From Massalongia carnosa (Eukaryota), in assembly GCA_965645245.1 (NCBI GenBank), contig OZ287088.1, forward strand, positions 186,001-250,000: a DNA stretch of 64,000 bases, in the 5' to 3' direction. This document shows positions 49,458 through 59,884 of the stretch, piece by piece. Each line of letters begins with the position of its first letter. The stretch's first letter is position 1. A program made the translations under genes and the position numbers. Below the pieces are notes generated by a model. That model ran no database searches. It saw only the letters and a program-made list of their open reading frames with translations, and was not told where the DNA came from.

Positions 49458-52400
49458 TGTAAGGAAGCTGTCGTCGATTCTAATCAACCGCTATTAAACT
49501 AAAATTAATCTACAAAAGAAGAAAAGAATTATTGTGCGCTACTCGCTAGAAATATCTGCACCGAGTGTCGCGCTAGCCTCGCGTGCTCCCGTGATCCCCC
49601 CTTCCATCTCAGCCTTATGTCAAGCTAGGACCCTGACACTATCCCTTTCCATTGGCGATGTCTCCGAAGCCAGGCGCCCTGCCAGCTAGCCTGATTCTTG
49701 ATTGTCATCTATTTTTGTTAGATCATCTGGTGGTTTGGGTTTCTATGGATGTTCTCGATGGTATTGGAGGATTTTATCCTTTGAATTCTTGAAGTCGGTC
49801 CATGGTTGCCAGTAAGGGTTCGCGTTCCATTCATCCCAATTTCCAATGAAGGTTGCTTTGTACTGCACGCCGAACTTTCTTGTTTCGCGGCAGTCTATTA
49901 TTTCGAGGACTTCCCATTCTTCGTGGGCCTCTTCGTCGTTTTCGGTTATGGCTATGGGCGGTCCAGGCGGTAAGACTTGTCCTGGGAATGGGTTGGAAGG
50001 TGCGAGATGTAGCTTCCACAGATGAAAGATGGGGGTAAGCCCGACGTTCTTTAGCTGATCCAGGATCTCTAATTCGTATGCTTTATTGTCGATAATTCTT
50101 ATTATCTTCCATGGCCCTATGTTCTTGAAGCTTAATGATCTGCTGGGTCTTTCTGAAGCAAAGTGCTTGGCGTTTACATAAACCATGTCCCCGATTTTGT
50201 ATTCGGGGTGAGGTTGACGGCCTTTGTTTGCGTGTCGTGTTTGTTCTTCCTGAGCCCAGGCTAATTGATCTCGGAGCCAGGTTCGCATGGCTTCTTGCCG
50301 TTCTATGATTTTGGCAGCATGCAGTATCTCTGCTTTTCCTTTTCCTTCGTATGTGCCTGGTGGTTCGATGCCACAGCGTGGGTGGAAGCCATGGTCTGCG
50401 AAGAATGGAGTCATTCCCGTTGATACATTTAAATGATTGTTGGCGGCAAACTCTGCGTCTGAAAGATAATCCACTCAGTTGTCTTGTGTGTAATTGACGT
50501 ATGCTCGGAGATAATTTTTCATTACCTTGTTGGCGTTTTCGGTTTGACCGTCTGTTTCGGGATGATGTACAGATGAGAATTTGATTCTCACCCCGTATCT
50601 TTCGCAAACTCTTTTCCATAAGTGAGCGGTTAGTTGACTACCGCGATCGTTGACTGTTGATATAGGAAATCCGTAAGAGGAGAATAATCTCCTGGACATC
50701 GCATCCATCAGTTCATCAGTAGAGAGAGAGGTTAGTGGTTCGTATAATCGTCTTTTCGTTAAACGATCTACTATCACTAGTATGTGTTGATAGACTCTGT
50801 TCCGTCTTCGGCATTCTGGAAGGAATTCGACGAAGTCCAATGACACGTCCATCCATTTTCTATTTAAAATGGGAAGAGGATTCAGCAGGCGTTGCTTCTT
50901 GTCATTGTATGCTTTTGATCTTCGGCATATGGAGCAGTTAACTGCGTATCTCTTGCAGTGAACCTTCATTTCAAACCAGAAATAATTTTCTCCCATTATC
51001 TGATACATACTTTTGTATCCCGGATGGCCCTGTAAAGGTGGTTCGTGATGCTTTTTCAGTAAATGTAGCTGCAATGGCTCGTAATCTGGTACGTATAGTC
51101 TTCCTTTGACATACAGCTTTTCGTTTTCTAGTTTGAGGTCCCCCATTGCTAGCTTTATTCCTCTTTTTATGAGGTTCAATGGGAGTTTCCTCAGTTCCTT
51201 CCTCTTTGCTGCTACTATGTCTTGAACTGTTTCGTCTTTTTCGTAAGCTTCTTCAATTAGTTCCTCCAAAGTCTTCGTTACTGAGCTCTCGGTCTCGTCG
51301 ATCACTGATGTAGGTTCTGCATTGGGTTCCTCCAATCCTGTTGTGTCTTCCTCGATGAATTCGTTTTGGTTATTTTGATTGTTATCGTCATCGTCGTCGT
51401 CGTCTGCTGTGCTTGCGCAGAACACGACTGCTAACGCTTTTCGTACATCGTCATCTAGTTGATGCTCTTGAAGCAGCGTTTGAAACTAATGTTGCTCTCT
51501 GATATCTTCGAATCCTTTCGGGAGATCTTGAGAGCGTCGAGTAAGCGTATCCGGTTTCTCTCCTTGCTTTCCCGGTCGATACATAATCTTGAAATTAAAT
51601 TCGGAAAGAAATTCGGCCCATCTGGCTTGCCTTCTGTTTAGCTGCTTCGTGGTCATGAAGTGCTCTAAATTCTTGTGATCGGTGTATACTTTAACAGGTT
51701 TATCAGGAGCAGCACTTGCAACCTCGGGGCGCCAGACTTCGAAGCTCTTTACAATAGCGAGGAGTTCCTTATCATAAATCATATAGTTACACTCGGCAGA
51801 GGTCATCTTGTTGGAAAAATAGGCTACCGGTTTCAGTACTCCATCGTGCATTTGAGAGAGTACTCCGGCGCTGACGAAATCTGAAGAGTCAGTCTCGACC
51901 CATGTTTCCAGGGCCGGATCGTAATGTGCTAAGACGGGAGCGGTGGTGAACGCAATTTTTAAATCTTCGAAGGCCTTTTGACAATCTTCAGACCATACGA
52001 ACGAATTATACTTGGTTCGTTTCTTTCCTGATTTCGTCGTCATTTGTTCGCCCTTTGTTAATTCTGTTAACGATCTCGTCCGTTGCGAAAATCTCGATAT
52101 AAATCGTCGATAAAAATTCGCAAAGCCTAAAAATGCTTGCATGTCTTTTACAGAGGCTGGGGTCTCCCATTTCAGAATCGCCTCGCTTTTCTCCGAGTCC
52201 ATCTTTATTCCATCGGTGGTAACTATCAACCCAAGATACTTTACTTCCGTCACAGAGAATTCGCATTTGTCCATGTCCACTTGCAGTCCTTTCTCCTTCA
52301 ATCGAGTTAGAACTTTAACACTTGTTCGGAATGCTCTTCTTCCTTTTCGCTATAAATTAGGACATCGTCCAAGTACGCAGTGCAGAAGACGTCTAAGTAT

Positions 52401-55400
52401 TCTCTGACTGTATCGTTAATGAAGCTCTAAAAGGTTCCCGGAGCGTTGCAGAGACCGAATGGCATTACCAGATATTCGAACTGACCATATCTGGTATTGA
52501 AAGCCGTGAGCCATTCGTGGCCTTCCTTCATTCTCATACGATTGAAAGCGGTAATCACATCCAGTTTTGTGAACTTCTTGGCTTGTGATAGTTTTCCCAA
52601 CGTTTCATTTATCAACGGTATTGGGTACCTGTTCTTGATCGTGATGGAGTTTAAGGCTCTATAATCTACGCAAAATCTTAAACCACCCCCTGGTTTTCTA
52701 ACTAAAAGAACGAGGGCTGCTGCGCTTGACGAACTTGGACGGATGAAGCCTTTTCCCAGATGCTCGTCGATGTATTTCTTAACCGCGTCCAATTCTTGTT
52801 CTGACATGGATTTATACTTCCTTACGTATGGAGCTTCTTTTCCCGCTTCGAGATTTATCTGATGATCCTCCTTCCGGTGTTCAGGCAGTTCATCCGCCTT
52901 ATGCTTCATGAAAACATCTATTACGCTGTGATAAGCTGCTGGGACTCTCTTCAACAACTCCTCTCGGGTGTATTCCGGTTTTCCCTTCATGAACTTGTCG
53001 TAATCTCCTGATGTCACTGCTCCGATGGTAATTGCGCAGAAGGCCTTCTTTGTTTCTCGAGGAATCCATAGATAGCCGTCGTGATCCTACTTTCTGGCCA
53101 TTCGAAAGAAGTGTTTTGCGTTGACTGGAAGAACTTCGATGTCTTCGTTAGGCTCGATCCTATTCTTAACATTGCTTCCCACAGCGAATTCGGTGCAAGT
53201 TATCCCTCGTGTAAGACATTCTTTTTCAAGACAATCTGATGAGTTGAACTTCATCGTTCTCTCTTTTCAATTGATCATTGGGTTGTGCGTTTGCAGCCAT
53301 CCATCCCCTAAAATGACTGCATACGCTTCTAGTTTTGCCAAATAACATAAGACTTGCTCTTCGTGATCTCCGATTTTCACGTCGATCAAGGCGGCCTTCG
53401 AGAGGAGCTGTACTACCTCTCCATTTCCCAAAGTAAGTTTCACCTTCTTATCCAATTTGAAGGTGTTCAATTTCTGTTTACGCACAAAGGATTCGTCAAT
53501 GAGTTCAGCTTCACTTCCATTATCGATGAGTAAACGTGTTTTAACTCCAGCTATGCTAGTTTTAAAAACTAAATGCTTGCCCTTGATTTTCTCTTCAGTA
53601 TCGCGGACAGCACAAGTAGAGACCCTAACCATTTTCATTTCAGTGTCACCGTTCCCATTAACAACCTCCTTGTTTACACGCCCCTGATCGCGATTTCGAT
53701 CAAGGACTAGGCTTTTCCCGCCTCAGATTCCGCTCCCGAATCTGTTTCTACTGTCCTCATGGGGCTCAAGTTCTTGTCCCTGTATTGAGGACAAATGGTA
53801 TCGTTTCCTCGATGTCCTGATCCCCTGCATGCCCAGCATCGGCGTTGACGGGAGAGGGACTCGCGCTCGTCGTCCTTCAGCTTCTTTGGGTTTGGGTCTG
53901 GATCGTACCAGGTGCCTACCCAACCGGCCGGTTTGACTATCGTTGGCATCAGCTTCGCATTCGGCCGATCATCAGATTTCTTGGAGCTGGTTTGATTGAT
54001 GGAGGATGAGGCGGACTTTCCGCAGGAGGACTGGGTTGAGGATTTTCCGCCGGAGAAGTTGCTTCGTTGGCTGGAATTCTTCGTTGCGGCTGGTTTATCG
54101 GGACGAGGAAAGTGGTGCGCCACATCTTTGCGGCGGTCTTCGATTCTTCGTGCTTCGTCAAGTAAAGGGCGGAAATCAGTAAAGACTGAACCCATAAGAG
54201 AGTTGGAGATGCTAGGCTTTAACGTCACGAGGAACTTCTCCATTCGCTCATCAACGGGAGTTTGGGCTTTCTGCCATAGCTTGAAGATTCGGTGATAATA
54301 CTCGCTGACGCTTTCGCCCCCTTTCATGGTGACGGTGAGGAGTTCTTTCTTGGCGTCGCGGCTCTGGAGGTGAATGCCCATATAGTGCTCTATCTCTTCG
54401 AATAAAGCGTCGGCCGATAGTGAGTCTCCCATATCCGCTATCCAAGAGTGCATAGCCCCGAAGATCGGCGCTTCCATTTGAGACAGCGCGTAACCGACCT
54501 TTTCGTTCTCATCGGCGTAGAGGGGTGCGTCTGTCTTCAGTTTATTGCGGACGGAGTACGCCCAAGGGCTATACTCCTCCGAGTCCTCACCTTTAAGTGG
54601 CTTGCTAGGGTTTATACCACGGGGTCGCCAATTCTAGGGGTTAGCGTTGGTGCTTTGGGTAGTAACGGTATCTTCTCGTTGATGACGTGGTGTTTCCCGT
54701 GTTTCCGCTAACTGGCGGATCAGGGAGTCTCTGTCTTTCTGTAATCTCTCTTTTACTATAGTCATTGTCTCCAATTCGATATCTCTATGCGATAGTTCTT
54801 CTTGCGCGAGAATGGCCTCTCGTTCGGCATCGTCTTTTTCCGCGATGAGACGTTCATATACTTGTTTGTAACGTCTGTTGATCTTTTTGGCCTCGCCAAG
54901 CTTCTCCAGGTCGCCCTGCAAGGAGATGTATTTGTTGAATAGGGTCTTGTCGTATTCGAGCGCTCTCGCGAGGAACTCATACCATCGGGGTCCTTCTTTC
55001 TCGTCACGCAAGATGCTCTGCAAATCCTTCAAATTGTGTGCTGCAACGTGGGACGGATGTTCTGCGGCATTCTTCTCGTAATATGGATGATCGGAGACAT
55101 CGATCTTCTGAAAAAACTCCTTTTCTTTTTCACGTCCTGCTCCTGGGGGTTTTTCCCACGTCCCCTCCGTGGTTTCTTTAATCTGTTCGTTCTGAGGTAA
55201 TTCGGAGTCTTGAAATGTTCCCGGCATGCTGCTATCCGAACGAGATGAATGACGGGAGACGGAACGAGCGCGGGTGTGAAATGCTAGGCCGGTCTGGGCC
55301 TCTGCGGGAGGGGCTACGGCCTTTCTCGCCGTCATGGGCGTTTTTGAGCTCATGACTGGATTCTGAAAATGGGAAAGCTTGATTCCCTGATTCTAAAAGT

Positions 55401-55746
55401 TCTGGAAGTTCTGGAATTTGGATCGGTTTGGATTCGCACAAACGATCAGTTTGGAAAGTTACTGGAACGGGTTTTCACCCTATCTGGAAGAAAGTTGCTG
55501 GAACGGGACCTCGTCCCTACTGGAAGTTCTGGAAGAAAGAATACTAATAGATAGGTAGATAAATTCTGTAAGGAAGCTGTCGTCGATTCTAATCAACCGC
55601 TATTAAACCAAAATTTATCTACAAAGAAGAAAAGAATCATTGTGCGCGACTCGCTAGAAATATCTGCACCGAGTGTCGCGCTAGCCTCGCGTGCTCCCGT
55701 GATCCCCCTTTCCATCTCAGCCTTATGTCAGGCTAGGACCCTGACA
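49458..55746 (-). mobile_element. Full-length chromovirus Gypsy retrotransposon (LTRs 49458-49638 and 55567-55746), mildly degenerate
   Basis: Two ~180-bp near-identical TG..CA LTRs and PPT ggaaagggatag. gag spans 55353-53707; pol has PR-RT-RH-IN-chromodomain (EEWEVLEIID) with stops and frameshifts. The flanks (cttcc/acatc) do not form a TSD. Confidence 0.95.
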
Positions 55747-55798
55747 ACATCGGGAAATCGGGAGATGACTAATAGATCTTGATGATTAAATATTCGTA

Positions 55799-57495
55799 CG
55801 GAGGATGACATAAAAAGTCCTTGGTAGCGTGCATTAGTGCATTTTTAGCGTCGTGCAGAAAGGACGCTAAAAATTAAATATGGGGTTTAATAGATATTGT
55901 ACATTTTGACCTATGCAGCATCTTTCATTTATCAGATATCATCAAATAAAATTTTGAATGCTTCGAATCATGACATCACGAACTCAGAACAATAGTCTGA
56001 CTACTGGGCAAAAGTTACAAGCATTATCTTTGGTTGAACACACATAGCAGTCAAAGTCGTTCAAGCAGTCACTGGAGTCTCTACTCAGTCTATCAGTTAT
56101 ATCAAGCGCAAGGCACGAGATCGAGTATATGATCCCACTGTTTCGCGAATATTGAAGGTAGAATACGTAGAAGATGCATGTCGTTCAGGACCTCCTCCTA
56201 AAGTGACGTCTGAGGTAGAACAGGCCATTTTAGACAACATTCGTGATGATCGAAATGGTAGAGAAAAATCCTCAGCCGTTTTGGGATATGAGCACGGAGT
56301 CTCATCTACAACTATTCTCAATGTTCTTCGACGCAATAACTCTCGTCCCTGCAAATCTACCATGAAACCAGGCCTTGATTCAGCAATGAAAGAGGCTCAA
56401 TTGCAATTCTGTTTGCGTTATCGTCATTGGACTCTCGATGACTGGAAGAATGTCATATGGAGCGATGAAACTAGTGTTGTGTTAGGCTCTCGAAGAGGGC
56501 GAAGACTTCAGTGGCGAACTCCAAAAGAAAAATATGCTCAAACGTGCATTCGACGTAGATGGAAAGGATGTTCCGAATTCATGTTTTGGGATTGTTTTTC
56601 GTATGAAAACAAAGGTCCTTTTCATATATGGAAGCCGGAGACAGCGGCAGAAAAACGTGCCGCTCAAGGAGAAATCGACAAAATCAATGAGGCATTGGAG
56701 CCTCTAGCGAAAGAAAACTGGGAATTGGAAATAGGCATGAAACGAATGGGACTGCGTACCAAGGGAGGTCGAAAACCGGTCTGGAAATGGGATGAAAGGC
56801 ATGGAAAAGTGGCTCGAAAAGGCAAAGGGGGCATCGACTGGCATCGTTATCAAAAAACTATTCTTCTTCCCAAATTTCTTCCGTTTGCAAAAGAATGTAT
56901 AAAAGATCGTCCCGATTCCAGGAGGACAAGGCTCCTAGTCATGCTTCCAAACATCAAGACCTCGTCTTTATGGATGCAGAAGTCTTGCGTTTATTGTGGC
57001 CGGGTAATTCTCCTAATTTGAACATGATCGAGCAATGTTGGCCTTGGATGAAAAGGCAAACCACACGAAAAGGAGCACCTCGAAATCGCATTACGGCTAT
57101 CAAAGCATGGACTCGGTGCTGGACAAAAACTCTGAAACAAAAACAAATTCAGCAATGGATAGAACGAATTCCACGACATATAGAAGAAGTCATCGCTTTG
57201 AATGGAGTAAACGAGTATCGAGAGGGTCGAGACAATGGTGTGGTTCGGCCATATAATTCCGAAGATCATCGCATTCGCTATCGCATAGACATTATATCTG
57301 ATAGCAGTGATGTAGACTGATCATGTCATAAGTCTGCATATAGACCTGATTTTCAATGCATTATATCGTTTGAAAATGAGGTTGATGTGAGAAAAATAAA
57401 GATGATAAATCAAATATAGAAAAGGGGCATTGATGCAGCGCTAAATCCTTAGTGCCATTCTTAGCGCATCCAAGGACTTTTTGTGTCATCCTCCG
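55799..57495 (+). mobile_element. Tc1/mariner DNA transposon with frameshifted transposase
   Basis: ~26-bp TIR cggaggatgaca.aaaaagtccttgg flanked by TA; motifs IWSDETSV, QEDKAPSH and WPGNSPNLNMIE across ORFs 56152-57021 and 56895-57320. Confidence 0.93.
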
Positions 57496-57849
57496 TAGTC
57501 AGTTGCCTTTATCATTTTTATTATTAATTCATTAAGCGTATACATCCTAAGGATATGACGCTGTAACTGCTATTTATGTACATAAACAACAGTCAGGAAG
57601 TGGAAACCTGGCCCCCAGGGTAAAACCACTCCCTTGTTCCATGTTGAACGCAACGAGACCGTCCTTCTACCACGCGGTGCATACACCCAGATCTTCAAGC
57701 GCTAGGAATCCTATAGACTCGATGAACTAGACAGTGTATTTCCACACGTTCGACGAACGTTCTCTCTCTTTAAACGTTTTGATTCAATGGAGGAAAGACT
57801 GGCCGTGATCGAGGGCAGATCGTGGTGTCCTATAAATGAAGGTGTGTAA

Positions 57850-57995
57850 GTGTGGCCATTCTAAATGAATGGGCTTTTTCGATGTGGTGAAAGGCTTCCG
57901 CCTGAGGGGTGTGGCCATTCCGAATGAATGGGCTTTTTCGATGAGGTGAAAGGCTTCCGCCTGAGGGGTGTGGCCATTCCGAATGAATGGGCTTT
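57850..57995. repeat. ~2.5 tandem copies of a 59-bp unit inside the retroposon
   Basis: gtgtggccattc(c/t)(g/a)aatgaatgggcttt recurs at about 57850, 57909 and 57968. Confidence 0.85.
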
Positions 57996-58080
57996 GTATG
58001 TGTGCCTTCGAGGTGACGAATGATCAGTAGAGACGTTGATCGTTCAAATGGCCACCGAGGTGGACTTCCGCGTTGGCGAT

Positions 58081-58152
58081 GATCAGATATTGGCCACCTC
58101 CGAGGAGGTGTTGATAGCCTGCACCACATAGAGGTTTCTGACCCAGCAGGCC
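58081..58152 (-). ncRNA. HDV-like self-cleaving ribozyme at the 5' end of the retroposon
   Basis: Manual fold: P1 GGCCUGC/GCAGGCU (G1-U wobble), P2 GGUCAGA/UCUGAUC, P3 ACC/GGU, L3 UCUAUGU, linker AUCAA, P4 CACCUC-CUCG-GAGGUG, J4/2 GCCAA. Confidence 0.8.
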
Positions 58153-58757
58153 GTTGCCTTTATCTATTGTACGTACGTCTTGTCGTCATATTAGTCAGTG
58201 CAACTTGCATCTCAACAAATAATCGTCGCTCTGTCTTTACTTCTCGTCTCGATAAGCTTTATTATTCTCTGTACCTTGACCTTTTAACAATTCAGTCGTA
58301 TATTATCCACTCTATCCTATCTTTACGTCCTCTTTAATTTTGGTTGTTCAGCTGCTCTCTTTACATGTCGCATCGTCATACATTGACTTCGTTGCAGCTT
58401 TTGTATTTTGCGTATAACATATCTTTATAATGCGCAACCCACCTTGCATGTCTCATCGAAGATAAAGTTACGCACATTCAGTTCTCGAAGATCAACAGTA
58501 TTCTACATCATTACGTGGTTGTGATTCTCATTATTCTTTGAATTGATGATTATCTGTTACTTGATGACGAGAAAGCCTGCTTAATGCCTACAGAGCCCAA
58601 ATCTTAGAAGACCAACTACTACCGCGACGACATATTAAGCTCATCTGTTCTGGAACAACAGTCCCTCTTAGACGGAAGCCCTTCCTTATCCTATCAAAAA
58701 GCGCATGCGTTTAGGAAACCAATTCTCTTTAATCCTAACATAACACAACAGGTTACG

Positions 58758-58927
58758 TGTGACGAAGCGAGATAGTGAATATATTTCTACCATTGCGCCA
58801 CCTGTCCTCCCGACCAAAAGGCACAATACTTAGTCCGCAGACCAAGCTCTATTCTACTATAACTGGGACTCCTGCTATGTTCGCTGTAGGTCCTGCTGTC
58901 GAGACCACGCATGGTCGAACCGTTACA
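58758..58927. mobile_element. 170-bp solo LTR in TIR element copy B
   Basis: tgtgacg...cgttaca with a perfect ttacg TSD. Confidence 0.88.
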
Positions 58928-59578
58928 TTACGTTATAATCCCAAACATAAATTAAACACCCAATCCATCGAGTCTAAAGGATTCAAGAGCACATGAAGGT
59001 CTAGATATATGGGATGTGCGATAGGGGGGCGCTCTCGGCCGCAATACAAATGGACTCGGTTGGTTATATTAACCTGACAAATAGAGACCACTACTTGATT
59101 TGTTCATCGGGATATAGATTACACATGCCACAGCATCCTTCGTATGGACGGTGGTCAAAGATAATATGGATGATCGTATCGATAGTGGACAAGAGGTGGT
59201 TTGGATGATAGTCAAAAGGTGGTATGGACGGTGGTCTGGATGGTGGTCAAAAGGTAAGCTGGGTGGTGATCTGGATGGTATATAAATGGTTGACGAAAGA
59301 TGGTCTAGATGATGTTCAAAAGGTGGTATAAGAGGTGAACATTCAGTTCACGAAGAATGTGGCGAAGGGCCGTTGCGGAGCGTCGATGAGCAGGTTTGGG
59401 CAGGAATTAGGCTTTTCGGGGGTGCTTACTATATTCAGTACTATCGTCTCCGCAAAGAACACTGTTGTCTTCTGCTATGTCCGCCGTTTTCAACGCTTCA
59501 GGTCTGAAGTGCCACGGACTCGTTGCCGCTTCCATGATACCTGGTAACTATTGTTACAGGTTAACGGATATCATTATA

Positions 59579-59884
59579 CTAACCCCCCCTCTGAACAATC
59601 TTGAAAACATGGGATTTTGCAAGGGCGGTACGGGGGTATGTGCTAGGGTGAAAACGGGCGTGGATACAGGCTTGTCGCCAACCAGACAGTCGAATCTTCT
59701 GGATATTTGGGGAATGAGGTAAAATCACTAAGGGATTCGCTGTAGGGCTGTACAGTAAAAAATATTTACATGTCCTGATTAGCTCGAAGCCCTGGTTTTC
59801 CACCCATGTGCTGTCAAGTCATCACTCCCGTCCTCCCCCTTGCAAAAAACCCATGTTTTCAAGATTGTTCAGGGGGGGGGATAG
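59579..59884. mobile_element. MITE in TIR element copy B
   Basis: Same TIRs and TA flanks as 4978-5271, at the orthologous position. Confidence 0.8.

Larger units (their letters stand above)
57514..58152 (-). mobile_element. 639-bp non-autonomous non-LTR (SINE-like) retroposon
   Basis: Absent from copy A of the host element. Exact 12-bp TSD gttgcctttatc (57502-57513 and 58153-58164). Minus-strand 3' tail gaattaataataaaaat is preceded by a stem-loop. No convincing ORF. Confidence 0.85.

Noticed and set aside
57850..57995. Hammerhead ribozyme in the 59-bp repeats (cgatgag..gaaa)
   Set aside because: The CUGANGA core and a stem II between the motifs are missing, and it lies antisense to the element.
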